The translations under genes and the position numbers were made by a program. Below, piece after piece: positions 9,762 to 19,229 of a stretch of DNA of 64,000 nt (position 1 is its first letter; each line of letters opens with the position of its first letter). Source of the stretch: an uncultured Acidobacteriota bacterium (GTDB taxonomy: Bacteria > Acidobacteriota > Terriglobia > Acidiferrales > UBA7541); contig CAWEXR010000032.1 in NCBI GenBank assembly GCA_963813045.1, forward strand, positions 21,994 through 85,993, read 5' to 3'. The notes beneath the pieces are model-generated. The model was not told the DNA's origin and made no database searches. It saw only the letters and a list, made by a program, of their open reading frames with translations.

Positions 9762-10766
9762 ATGCGCGAGAGGTTTCTAATGAAAGCCGCCACCATTGCA
9801 ATGCTTCTGGCAGCGATGGGCGCGTGCGTGACGTGGGCCCAGGCTCCTTCGAATCCCGCAAGCGGATCGGAGTGCGACCGGGCGTGCCTGACCGATCTGG
9901 TCGACCAGTACCTGGCCGCGCTCGTGAAGCACGATCCGAGCGGCCTGCCGATGGCGAGAGACGTCAAATTCACCGAGAACACGGCGACTTTGCCCCTGGG
10001 CGACGGCCTGTGGGTGGGTGCATCCGAGGAGCCAACGACTTTCAAGATCTATGCCGCCGATCCCGCTTCCCACCAGATTGGCTTCTACGGAATGATGAAA
10101 GAGTTCAATAAGCCGATCATATTCGCGCTCCGGCTGAAAGTGGAGGGCGGCAAGATCACTGAGATTGAGCACATTGTGGTGCGCGACGTCCGAGAGGGCG
10201 GGATGAAGAACCTTGTTACGCCGAGACCGGGGCTGGTCGAGACCGTGCCGGCCGCCGAACGCACCTCGCGCGACGAACTGTTCCGCGCGGCAAATGCTTA
10301 CTTCGACTCGATCGAGGAGAGCAACGGCGACGTGGCGCCCTATGCCGACGACTGCGTGCGCCATGAAAACGGCATGCAGACAACTACTAACACCACCCCT
10401 CAGCCCGGCCCGCTCAACTCCGCGACGCCGGGCGGAAGCGCCGCGTTCGCGAAGCTCGGCGCGCTGGGATGCCGGGACAGTATGAATACCCACATCCTCA
10501 GCTATATAACCAAGATCTGGCCGCGCCGCATCATTATCCTCGACGAAGAAAAGGGACTCGCCTTCAGCTTCCCGATGTTCGTGCACCGAGGCAACGTGCG
10601 GTCCATCAAGGTCTCGGGCGTTCCCGGCATCGATACCGTGCCGATGAATTTCGGACCGATCGACCTACAGGCCGCCGAAATCTTCGCCATCCGAGGCGGT
10701 AAAATTCACGAGATCGAAGCGATGGGCTACTTGCTGCCGTATAACTCAAAAACGGGCTGGGAGTAA
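9762..10766 (+). CDS. secreted hypothetical protein (possible tandem NTF2/SnoaL-like folds)
   Basis: The start is at MRERFLMKAATIAMLLAAMGACVTWAQA (signal peptide), preceded by aggaaagggg. Amino-acid composition is normal. I do not recognise a family. Confidence 0.6.
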   Translation: MRERFLMKAATIAMLLAAMGACVTWAQAPSNPASGSECDRACLTDLVDQYLAALVKHDPSGLPMARDVKFTENTATLPLGDGLWVGASEEPTTFKIYAADPASHQIGFYGMMKEFNKPIIFALRLKVEGGKITEIEHIVVRDVREGGMKNLVTPRPGLVETVPAAERTSRDELFRAANAYFDSIEESNGDVAPYADDCVRHENGMQTTTNTTPQPGPLNSATPGGSAAFAKLGALGCRDSMNTHILSYITKIWPRRIIILDEEKGLAFSFPMFVHRGNVRSIKVSGVPGIDTVPMNFGPIDLQAAEIFAIRGGKIHEIEAMGYLLPYNSKTGWE

Positions 10767-10991
10767 ACACGCCAAACGGACGAGGGTCGATCCGCCGCGG
10801 GTCGGCCCGCTGTGACGTCGAAGTTGTTGCTAGTCTGAATACTCGCCCGTCCCTGTCGGTTTCCTACCGCGCGACTCACGTATCTGTCCATCAGACTCGG
10901 GCGGGAAAGTCGCTAGCCTTGTATTTATCACCGCAGCGCGAATAAGATGCCGGGCAAGCGTGGCCGCGGATCACCTCGGAAGGCAGGGCAC

Positions 10992-11017
10992 GGAACTTTT
11001 CGGGCTGGTTTTGCGTT
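10992..11017 (+). promoter_or_regulatory. candidate ECF-type autoregulated promoter (GGAAC-17 nt-CGTT)
   Basis: GGAAC lies at 10992-10996 and CGTT at 11014-11017. This is 48 nt upstream of the TTG start of the ECF sigma gene and matches the classical ECF -35/-10 pattern. Confidence 0.45.
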
Positions 11018-11064
11018 CCATGGTTGAGGCCGGAAAGTGATGCAGGTTGCGAGGCTAGTACCGA

Positions 11065-11634
11065 TTGGAGCCCGACGCCCAACTGATTCAGTTCTGTCTC
11101 CGGGGCGATGGGCCGGCCTGGGAGGAGCTTGTGCGGCGGCATACGCGGCGCGTGTATAACCTGTGCTACCGCTTCACGGCCAACACAGCGGCCGCGGAGG
11201 ACCTCAGCCAGGAGGTTTTCCTGCGCGTGTATAAGACGCTCGCGAGTTATCAGCCCACCTACGGCGCGTTTCCCACGTGGCTTACGAGCGTGACGCGAAA
11301 CCTGCTGGTGGACCATTACCGGCGCACCCGCCGTGATCGATTGACCGATTCGCTCGACGACGCCATGCCGAAGCTTGAGGAAGTGCATTCACCGGCGCGG
11401 ACGCCGGACAAGCTGGCGCAAGCGGCCGAGTTGAGCGAACAACTGCAACGTGGACTCGCAAGACTGTCGCCCGAGTTGCGCGAGGCTGTGATCCTGCGAG
11501 ATTTGCAGGGGCTGGATTACAGCGAGATTCGCACCGTGCTGCAAGTCCCGGAGGGAACGGTCAAATCCCGGATCAACCGGGGGCGAATTGAGCTGGCGCG
11601 AGTTCTGGAAGAAATGGGAGTGCGTCCGGCGTAG
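11065..11634 (+). CDS. ECF-family RNA polymerase sigma factor
   Basis: The 189-aa ORF has region 2 (AEDLSQEVFLRVYK..FPTWLTSVTRNLLVDHYRR) and region 4 (LREAVILRDLQGLDYSEIRTVLQVPEGTVKSRINRGR). Confidence 0.9.
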   Translation: MEPDAQLIQFCLRGDGPAWEELVRRHTRRVYNLCYRFTANTAAAEDLSQEVFLRVYKTLASYQPTYGAFPTWLTSVTRNLLVDHYRRTRRDRLTDSLDDAMPKLEEVHSPARTPDKLAQAAELSEQLQRGLARLSPELREAVILRDLQGLDYSEIRTVLQVPEGTVKSRINRGRIELARVLEEMGVRPA

Positions 11635-11649
11635 CCGGAACGGATACCG

Positions 11650-12345
11650 ATGGATTGGCACTGCACAACAACGGAAGAACGGTTGAGCGACTTCCTCGAT
11701 GGCGCCCTCTCGCCGGAGGAAGCGGCTGCCTTCTCCGCGCACACCGCCGGTTGCGCCGCCTGCACTCGGATCGTCGCGCAAGTTGGCGCGCTCGTCAGCC
11801 GGATGCAGCAGGTTCCCCCGGCCGAAGCGCCCGCGCACTTGGTGGGGAAGATCCTCGATGCGACGCTCGGCCCGCGGACTTCCAAACCGGGCTGGCAGCA
11901 GTGGTTCGGGTGGGTGCCGGCGTTGTGGCAACCGCGGTTTGCCATGGGATTCGCGACGGTAGCGGCCTCGCTCGCCATCGTGGTGCACGCGGCGGCTCCG
12001 CAAGGAAGGAATGTGAGCCTGGCGGACCTCAATCCCGTGACCCTGGTGCGCACAGCCAACCGGCAAGTGCATCTCACCTACGCCCGTGGAGCAAAATTCG
12101 TGAGCGATCTGCGCGTGGTATACGAAATTCAATCGCGCCTCGGAGCGCAACCCGAGCCCGTGGGCGCGCCCGTACGCGAGCCGCAGCCACAACCAGACCC
12201 GCCTTCTTCCGAACCGCACGACAGGTCGGAAGTGAATCCGCATCCGCGCCATCACGAGGCGACGGACGGCAGCATGCTGGCATTCGCAGTGGCGAATCGC
12301 TGGTCCGAAAGCCTGCCCAATCGCTTCACGAGGAGCCGCCCATGA
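11650..12345 (+). CDS. anti-sigma factor (zf-HC2 type, single TM)
   Basis: It lies immediately downstream of the sigma gene. It has the N-terminal H-x3-C-x2-C motif (AHTAGCAACTRI) and a central TM helix (FAMGFATVAASLAIVVHAAA). Confidence 0.8.
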   Translation: MDWHCTTTEERLSDFLDGALSPEEAAAFSAHTAGCAACTRIVAQVGALVSRMQQVPPAEAPAHLVGKILDATLGPRTSKPGWQQWFGWVPALWQPRFAMGFATVAASLAIVVHAAAPQGRNVSLADLNPVTLVRTANRQVHLTYARGAKFVSDLRVVYEIQSRLGAQPEPVGAPVREPQPQPDPPSSEPHDRSEVNPHPRHHEATDGSMLAFAVANRWSESLPNRFTRSRP

Positions 12346-12950
12346 AATGCGCCGTACATCCGGATGTGGAGGCCACCGGCTTCTGCCGCAACTGCGGCAA
12401 AGCGCTCTGTCCAGCGTGCACGCGCGACGTGCGTGGCGCGCTCTATTGCGAAAGCTGCCTCGCGAACATCGTCTCCACTCCGGCCCTGGCGCCGGCGCAA
12501 GCGCACTCGGGAGCGAATCCTTGGGTGGCTCTCACGCTCGGTTTTATCCCCGGGCTGGGCGCCGTCTACAACGGCGAGTACGTGAAGGCGCTGATCCACG
12601 TGCTCGTCTTCGGCGGGCTCATTGCCGCGCAAAGCAGCGATATTCCCGGCAGCTACCATGCGTTCCTCGGCATCGCGCTGGGCTGCTTCTATTTCTACAT
12701 GCCCATCGAGGCCTATCGCGTCGCGAAGGCTCGGCAGACGGGCGGAGCAGGCGGGACAGGGGAATCACCCTTGATCGAAGCGGCAGGCGGGAGGCCGACG
12801 GGAGCCATCATTCTGATCGCTCTCGGCATGTTCCTGCTGCTTGCCAATCTGGGGTTGTTCGAGTGGGAATGGCTCGGAAAAGCATGGCCGCTGGGATTGA
12901 TCGCGCTCGGCGTGTGGCTGCTTGCGTCCAGGTTGAAGAGAAGCTCGTAG
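12342..12950 (+). CDS. B-box-type zinc-finger membrane protein with a LiaI/LiaF-like C-terminal TM pair
   Basis: It has an ATGA overlap with the anti-sigma stop. The N-terminus is MKCAVHPDVEATGFCRNCGKALCPACTRDVRGALYCESC, followed by 4 TM helices. Confidence 0.7.
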   Translation: MKCAVHPDVEATGFCRNCGKALCPACTRDVRGALYCESCLANIVSTPALAPAQAHSGANPWVALTLGFIPGLGAVYNGEYVKALIHVLVFGGLIAAQSSDIPGSYHAFLGIALGCFYFYMPIEAYRVAKARQTGGAGGTGESPLIEAAGGRPTGAIILIALGMFLLLANLGLFEWEWLGKAWPLGLIALGVWLLASRLKRSS

Positions 12951-12961
12951 GAGAGAAAGCC

Positions 12962-13177
12962 ATGGCGGACGAAACAAAACCGCGTTGCACTTGTCCACGC
13001 TGCCGCGTGCGCGGGCTGATGGGTCCCGTGATGCTGATTGCGGTCGGCTTGATTTTCCTCGTGGGCGAATACACGAGCTACGACATGGGCCAACTCTGGC
13101 CCGTGTTGTTGATTGTCGCCGGCGTTGTGCTGTTCGCTCAAACGGTCGCCTCCCGAGCCGGCCACACGGGGTCGTGA
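12962..13177 (+). CDS. small membrane protein (Cys-rich N-terminus, two TM helices)
   Basis: The 71-aa ORF reads MADETKPRCTCPRCRVRGLMGPVMLIAVGLIFLVGEY..WPVLLIVAGVVLFAQ. It sits 11 nt after the preceding stop. Confidence 0.55.
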   Translation: MADETKPRCTCPRCRVRGLMGPVMLIAVGLIFLVGEYTSYDMGQLWPVLLIVAGVVLFAQTVASRAGHTGS

Positions 13178-13184
13178 GGAGCGC

Positions 13185-14544
13185 GTGAGCAACGGCGCAC
13201 ATCATCGCAGCTCCCTTTTCGTGGCTCTGCTCCTGATTCTGTTAGGCGTCGTTTTTTTCCTTGACCGCGTCGATCCCGCGCTGGGTATTGGCCACCTGAT
13301 CCGGCTCTACTGGCCGATCCTGATCATTCTCTGGGGCGTCGCAAAGCTGGTTGAGCGCCTCCCTACCGGAGGCGCCGGACAACCTCGTCCGCCGATTCTT
13401 TCGGGAGGAGAGGCCGCGTTGCTGGTTCTTCTGGCTCTCGTGCTCGGGGCGTTTCGGTTTCCACGACTGGATTCGCGAACACTACGCCGACATCGACATC
13501 GACGTACCGCCGTTCAGTCAGCGCTATTCAGAAAGCGTCGCGCTCCCGCCGCAAACACTTTCGCCCGGCGCTCGCGTGGAAATCACCACGAAGCGGGGAA
13601 ACGTCACGGTCCACGTGAGTGAGGGCAATGCTCTCGTCGTCAGCGCGACGAAGTCCGCGCCTGGACCCAGCGAATCTACCGTCCAGGCGCACCTGAAAGA
13701 TGTGGGCGTTCAAATCGAGCCACGCGGCAATGGCGTCCGCATCCACCCGGCGAACCTGGAGAGCGCCGGCGGCTGGGCGAGCGTTGATCTGGATGTCGAG
13801 GTACCCAAGACAGCGACCCTGGCCATCAACGCGTCCCATGGCGACATTCGCGTTTCCGGAGTCGCGGGCAACATCGACGCACACGCCGACAACGGGGATA
13901 TCGAGATTCACGACTCCGGCGGCGACGTCAGCGCCGAGCTGCAAAAGGGCGATGTCCGCATCACAAACATCGGCGGGAACCTCCGCGTGAATGGACGGGG
14001 TGACGACGTCGAAATCGCCGACGTCTCAGGCGACGTGGCCATTGACGGCGCTTTCCTGGGATCAGCGCGCGTGCGCAATGTCGCGAAGACAATCCATTGC
14101 ACGTCGCCATGGCTCGACGTAACCATCGCCCGCATGAAGGGACACATGGAACTCGATTCGTCCAACATCGCGGTTTCGGACGCCGCCGGGGACGCAAGGA
14201 TCGTGACGCACAACAAGGACGTCGACGTGGAAAATATCGGCGGCCGGCTCGACGTCACCGATTCGCACAGCGACATCAAAGTCGGATATGCAAACCCGCC
14301 GGGCGCAGACGTCGATATTGCAAACGACTCGGGCGATGTCGATTTGACGCTACCCGCGAAGTCGAACTTCGAGTTGTCGGCCGTTTCCCGGTCCGGCGAA
14401 GTCGAGAGCGATTTCGAAGGGCCTTCCCTGAAGCCGGTCAGCGACGAGGACAACGAACATCTCAGCGGGAAATTTGGCGGGCCCGGACCGAAAATTACGA
14501 TCAGCACGACTTACGGCACAATCCATTTGAGCAAGTCGCACTAG
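13185..14544 (+). pseudogene. LiaF-like / DUF4097 beta-repeat protein with an N-terminal TM domain, interrupted by an apparent +1 frameshift near 13452-13455
   Basis: A GTG start at 13185 follows gaggag. The TM region (frame of ORF 13113..13622) reads on into GFHDWIREHYADIDID.. and the repetitive GD(I/V)x(I/V) beta-strand repeats only in the frame of ORF 13351..14544. Removing one T from ttt (13452-13454) restores ..LVLGAFGFHDW... Confidence 0.7.
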
Positions 14545-14565
14545 CAATCCCTGGCAGGTTTGCCG

Positions 14566-15867
14566 TTATCGTTTTTCAGCTCCGCGCAGGCGATCGAGCG
14601 TCGCGAAAAACTCCGGAAAAGAGACGGCGGCGCAGTCCCCATCCCGAATTACCGTGTCGCCTTCCGCCCCCAACGCCGCCACTGCGAGCGCCATGGCGAT
14701 TCGATGGTCGCCCTGCGGATCCACCTTGGCGCCGCGCAGTTTTCCTGCCGACCGCCCTTCGACGCGCATCCCGTCATCGAATTCCTCCACGCGCGCGCCC
14801 ATCTGCCGCAATCCCTCGGCCAGCGTCGCAATACGGTCGCTTTCCTTCACCCGTAGCTCCCGCGCGTCGTGAATCTCGATTCCCTGCTCGGTGAACGGGC
14901 CCAGCGCGCCGAGCATCGGCAATTCGTCGATCATTTCGGCCACCTGTGCTCCGGAGACCGTTCCGCCCGCGAGCGGCGCATGGCGCACGGACACATCGCC
15001 CACCAATTCTCCGCGGCGCATTTGCAGCGACGTAACGCGGACCGGCGCTCCGATGGAAATGAAGAAATCGAGCACGCGCGCCCGCGTAGGATTCAGTCCC
15101 ACGTTGTGCAGCATCAGCGACGATTCGGGCAGCACGAGCGCCGCGGCAATCAGGAAAACGGCGGCCGAAAGATCGCCCGGGACCACGAGCTGCTGCCCGG
15201 CCAGTTTGGGCCGCGGATGAATGCGAATCGCGTTCCTGGTCCCATCGACCGTGGCGCCGAATTCGCGCAGCGCGATTTCCGTGTGATCGCGCGTGCAGAC
15301 CGATTCGCGAACGGTCGTCACGCCATCCGCATAGAGTCCCGCGAAAAGGACGGCCGATTTCACCTGCGCGCTCGGAATCGGGGGCGTGTAGTCGATGGCA
15401 CGCAAATGCGCGCCGCGAATCTCGAGCGGTGCGCGGTCGTCGTCGCGGCCGCGGATTTCGCCACCCATCTGCCGCAACGGCTCGATGACGCGCCGCATGG
15501 GACGCCGGCGAAGCGATTGATCGCCGGTGAGCGTTGAGGTAAAACGCTGCCCGGCAAGAGCGCCGGCCAGCATCCGCATCGTGGAGCCGGAATTCTCGGC
15601 GTCCAGAGGCTTGCGCGGCTCCTTCCAGCCGTTCAGGCCGGTGCCGTTGATTCGAACGCGGCGCTCGCCCGATTCGATTTCGACGCCGAGCTGCCGCAGG
15701 CATTCGAGAGTGCTCCGGCAGTCCGCCGCGGAAGCGTAATTTTGTATCTCGCTACGGCCCTCGGCCAGCGCCGCAATGATGGCGTAGCGATGCGAGATTG
15801 ACTTGTCGCCCGGTAGCTCGACAACGCCGTCGACAATGCCCCCGGGCGAGATTACGCGCTTCCCCAT
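14566..15867 (-). CDS. aroA: 3-phosphoshikimate 1-carboxyvinyltransferase (EPSP synthase)
   Basis: The 433-aa ORF carries LPGDKSISHR, NSGSTMR, KESDR and DHRIAMA motifs. Confidence 0.95.
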   Translation of the reverse strand: MGKRVISPGGIVDGVVELPGDKSISHRYAIIAALAEGRSEIQNYASAADCRSTLECLRQLGVEIESGERRVRINGTGLNGWKEPRKPLDAENSGSTMRMLAGALAGQRFTSTLTGDQSLRRRPMRRVIEPLRQMGGEIRGRDDDRAPLEIRGAHLRAIDYTPPIPSAQVKSAVLFAGLYADGVTTVRESVCTRDHTEIALREFGATVDGTRNAIRIHPRPKLAGQQLVVPGDLSAAVFLIAAALVLPESSLMLHNVGLNPTRARVLDFFISIGAPVRVTSLQMRRGELVGDVSVRHAPLAGGTVSGAQVAEMIDELPMLGALGPFTEQGIEIHDARELRVKESDRIATLAEGLRQMGARVEEFDDGMRVEGRSAGKLRGAKVDPQGDHRIAMALAVAALGAEGDTVIRDGDCAAVSFPEFFATLDRLRGAEKR

Positions 15868-16249
15868 GGAGAGATTCTAACATGCCGATTTCTCGTGACT
15901 TATGCAGCGCTGGTCCCGAGGTCATTTCTTGACGAAAAGGTGGAATCCTGCTAAAAACATGCGTTCTGCTGGGGGAATGTGTCGCGACGACGGCTCCTGT
16001 TCAGGGAGCCGATATCCGGAGGAAGGACGCTGCTTCTAGCTGGAACGGTTGCGTTGCGGGTGTGGGCAGATTCGTCCCCATGCACGCGAAAACGAACCCG
16101 GTGAAAGTTTCCCGATAAATTCCTGATGAGACCTATCCATGGAGGATCGCTGATGTGCATCGGACTCGCGGGCGCACGACTTGCTGCCGGGAGTTTGCGC
16201 CGGTTCCGTTTCGGGAGGATTCTTGCGGCCGGCGCTGGCTGGCCCGCTG

Positions 16250-18622
16250 ATGACCGCGGCGGTGCCGGCCATGGCGGCCGAGGGCGGCGAAGCGAACCTG
16301 AAGCTTCCCGATCTGTCGGGCGTGAATTTCCTCGGGTTTGTGGACGGTCACAAACTCCTCATGTGGGGCCTCCTGTTCTGCGTGTTCGGGCTGGCCTTCG
16401 GCTTGACCATCTACGTCCGCCTGAAGAATCTGCCAGTACACCGCTCGATGCGCGAGATGTCCGAGCTGATCTACGAGACCTGCAAGACCTATCTCATCAC
16501 GCAGGGGAAATTCCTTTTCCTGCTGTGGATCTTCATCGCCGCGGTCATCGTGCTGTACTTCGGCGTGCTGCTTCACTACGAAGCAATTCGCGTCTTCATG
16601 ATTCTGTTCTTCAGCGTCGTGGGGATTCTCGGAAGCTACGGAGTTGCGTGGTTCGGCATTCGCGTGAACACCTTCGCGAACTCGCGGACGGCGTTTGCGG
16701 GGCTGGGCGGCAAGCCCTATCCCATCTACCAGATTCCGCTGCGTGCGGGCATGAGCATCGGCATGATGCTCATCAGCGTGGAACTGCTGATGATGCTGAT
16801 AATTTTGCTCTTCGTTCCCGGCTCCTATGCAGGACCCTGCTTCATCGGTTTCGCCATCGGTGAATCGCTGGGGGCCGCGGCGCTGCGAATCGCCGGCGGC
16901 ATCTTCACCAAGATCGCGGACATCGGTTCGGACTTGATGAAGATCGTCTTCAAGATCAAGGAGGACGACGCGCGCAATCCCGGCGTGATCGCGGACTGCA
17001 CCGGAGACAACGCGGGCGATTCGGTAGGCCCGAGCGCGGACGGCTTTGAAACTTACGGCGTCACGGGCGTCGCCCTGATCACCTTCATTCTGCTCGGCGT
17101 GGCAAATCCGGTCGTACAGGTGCAGTTGCTCGTGTGGATCTTTGTGATGCGCATCGCCATGCTGGTGGCGAGCGCGGCGGCGTACTTCATCAACAGCGCC
17201 ATCGCCGGCGCGCGATTCGGGAAGGCCGACGAGATGAATTTTGAGTCGCCCCTCACGTCGCTCGTATGGATCACGTCCGCGGTCTCGATCGGGCTAACCT
17301 ACTTGATTTCCTACTACATCATCCCCGATCTGAGCGGCGACTCGACGCAGTGGTGGAAGCTTGCGACGATCATCTCCTGCGGAACGCTCGCTGGTGCGGT
17401 TATTCCGGAACTTGTGAAAGCCTTCACCTCGACCGACTCGAGGCACGTTCGCGAGGTTGTGAGGTCGGCGCAAGAAGGCGGCGCGTCGCTCGGCATTCTG
17501 TCCGGCTTCGTGGCCGGCAATTTTTCGGCGTATTACCTCGGACTGACGATGGTCGCCCTGATGAGCGTCGGATATCTCGTCAGCTTGCAAGGGCTCGGCA
17601 GCTTGATGATTGCCGCTCCCGTCTTCGCGTTTGGCCTGGTCGCCTTCGGCTTCCTGGGAATGGGACCGGTGACGATCGCGGTCGATTCCTATGGCCCGGT
17701 GACGGACAACGCCCAGTCGATCTACGAGCTGTCGTTGATCGAGACCATTCCGAACATCGCGCAGGAGCTCAAAAAAGATTTCAACATGGACGTAAACTTC
17801 CAGCGCGCCAAGGACCTGCTCGAAGAAAACGACGGCGCGGGGAACACGTTCAAGGCTACGGCCAAGCCGGTGCTGATCGGAACGGCCGTGGTAGGCGCGA
17901 CGACGATGATTTTCTCGATCATTATGGCCCTGACGAACGGCCTCACCACGAATGTCGCCATGCTCTCGCTCCTGCACGCTCCCTTTGTCCTTGGATTAAT
18001 CACCGGGGGCGCGATGATCTTCTATTTTGTCGGCGCTTCGACGCAGGCGGTGACCACCGGCGCTTACCGGGCGGTTGAGTTCATCAAGGCGAACATCAAG
18101 CTCGAGGGCGTGGAGAAAGCTTCGGTTGCGGATAGCAAGAAGGTGGTCGAAATCTGCACGAAGTACGCGCAACGCGGGATGCTGAATATTTTCATCGCAG
18201 TGTTTTTTGCCGCTCTTTCGTTCGCGTTCGTCGAGCCGTTTTTCTTCATCGGCTACCTGATCTCCATCGCCATCTTTGGTCTTTACGAGGCGATTTTCAT
18301 GGCCAACGCCGGTGGCGCGTGGGACAACGCGAAGAAGATCGTTGAAGTCGAGCTCAAGCAGAAAGGGACCCCGCTGCACGACGCGACGATTGTCGGCGAC
18401 ACCGTGGGTGATCCCTTCAAGGACACTTCATCCGTCGCGTTGAATCCGGTCATCAAGTTCACGACGCTGTTTGGCTTGCTGGCGGTGGAATTGGCCGTGT
18501 CGCTGACGAATTCCCAGGGAAACACCCGGTTGACGCACATTCTCGCGGCGGTGTTTTTCGCCGTTTCCTTCTTCTTCGTATACCGGTCGTTCTACGGCAT
18601 GCGTATCAAGACGACGGAGTAA
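16250..18622 (+). CDS. hppA: membrane-integral proton-translocating pyrophosphatase
   Basis: Motifs seen are DCTGDNAGDSVGPSADGFE, GGAWDNAKK and GDTVGDPFKDTS, with about 16 TM helices. I placed the start at the ATG at 16250; the TTG at 16181 is also possible. Confidence 0.9.
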   Translation: MTAAVPAMAAEGGEANLKLPDLSGVNFLGFVDGHKLLMWGLLFCVFGLAFGLTIYVRLKNLPVHRSMREMSELIYETCKTYLITQGKFLFLLWIFIAAVIVLYFGVLLHYEAIRVFMILFFSVVGILGSYGVAWFGIRVNTFANSRTAFAGLGGKPYPIYQIPLRAGMSIGMMLISVELLMMLIILLFVPGSYAGPCFIGFAIGESLGAAALRIAGGIFTKIADIGSDLMKIVFKIKEDDARNPGVIADCTGDNAGDSVGPSADGFETYGVTGVALITFILLGVANPVVQVQLLVWIFVMRIAMLVASAAAYFINSAIAGARFGKADEMNFESPLTSLVWITSAVSIGLTYLISYYIIPDLSGDSTQWWKLATIISCGTLAGAVIPELVKAFTSTDSRHVREVVRSAQEGGASLGILSGFVAGNFSAYYLGLTMVALMSVGYLVSLQGLGSLMIAAPVFAFGLVAFGFLGMGPVTIAVDSYGPVTDNAQSIYELSLIETIPNIAQELKKDFNMDVNFQRAKDLLEENDGAGNTFKATAKPVLIGTAVVGATTMIFSIIMALTNGLTTNVAMLSLLHAPFVLGLITGGAMIFYFVGASTQAVTTGAYRAVEFIKANIKLEGVEKASVADSKKVVEICTKYAQRGMLNIFIAVFFAALSFAFVEPFFFIGYLISIAIFGLYEAIFMANAGGAWDNAKKIVEVELKQKGTPLHDATIVGDTVGDPFKDTSSVALNPVIKFTTLFGLLAVELAVSLTNSQGNTRLTHILAAVFFAVSFFFVYRSFYGMRIKTTE

Positions 18623-18635
18623 TCCTCAAAGGAGA

Positions 18636-19109
18636 TTGAAAAACATGAAGAAACTCGCATTGGCAACTCTATTGGTTTGCGCCTGTACAGGGCTGGCTTT
18701 CGCCCAAGCACCGGCGCCCGCCGCGGCTCCGTCCAAGACCCCGAGCGTGTCGCAAGCTCTCCAGCAAATGGAACACGACTGGGTGGACGCGGCGAAAACC
18801 GGTGACGTTGACAAACTCGGCTCGATCCTCGGCGACGATTGGGTCGGCTTGGGCTACGGCGCCGGAAAGGCGACGAAGCAAAGTATGCTGGCGGACGTGA
18901 AATCCGGCGCCTCAAAGGTTGAGACCTTCGCGTTTGGGCCGATGGATGTAAAGGTGCTGGGAAACGTCGCCGTGGTCCAGGGCAGCGACACCGAAAAGAG
19001 CACCTCTGCAGGAAAAGACAGCAGCGGGAAATACCTTTGGATGGATGTGTTCGTGAAGCGCGACGGCAAATGGGTGGCCGTCCGTTCTCAAACCGCGATG
19101 GTGAAGTAA
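18636..19109 (+). CDS. secreted NTF2-like (DUF4440/SnoaL-like) protein
   Basis: The 157-aa ORF has the signal peptide MKNMKKLALATLLVCACTGLAFAQA. Its C-terminal pattern YLWMDVFVKRDGKWVAVRSQ is typical of DUF4440. Confidence 0.65.
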   Translation: MKNMKKLALATLLVCACTGLAFAQAPAPAAAPSKTPSVSQALQQMEHDWVDAAKTGDVDKLGSILGDDWVGLGYGAGKATKQSMLADVKSGASKVETFAFGPMDVKVLGNVAVVQGSDTEKSTSAGKDSSGKYLWMDVFVKRDGKWVAVRSQTAMVK

Positions 19110-19156
19110 GTCCCCGTGGCCCAGTTCACTGGAGCCTAACGGCTTGGTGTTCGATG

Positions 19157-19190
19157 GCCGGGCGTGATCATCGCGCCCGGCTTTCATTTC
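19157..19190 (+). terminator. intrinsic terminator after the DUF4440 gene
   Basis: An 8-bp GC stem pairs GCCGGGCG (19157-19164) with CGCCCGGC (19174-19181). It is followed by tttcatttc. Confidence 0.6.
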
Positions 19191-19195
19191 GGGCA

Positions 19196-19215
19196 ACCCG
19201 GTTGTAGCACCGGGT
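19196..19215 (-). terminator. hairpin downstream of the DUF1501 gene (possible terminator, no clear U-tract)
   Basis: A 7-bp stem pairs ACCCGGT (19196-19202) with ACCGGGT (19209-19215), 15 nt past the stop at 19230. Confidence 0.35.
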
Positions 19216-19229
19216 CACGGCGATCGGGC

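Noticed and set aside
9599-10045. Long N-terminal extensions suggested by the ORF track (8462..10045, 20519..22702, 37928..39811, 40924..42123, 49922..51655, 54913..56676, 56643..60290).
   Set aside because: The extensions are compositionally aberrant, overlap neighbouring genes, or precede obvious signal peptides or conserved N-termini. I chose internal starts instead.
13440-13460. Programmed ribosomal frameshifting as the explanation for the split genes.
   Set aside because: There is no slippery heptamer or stimulatory structure at any of the five junctions. The events go in both directions (+1 and -1) in unrelated genes.
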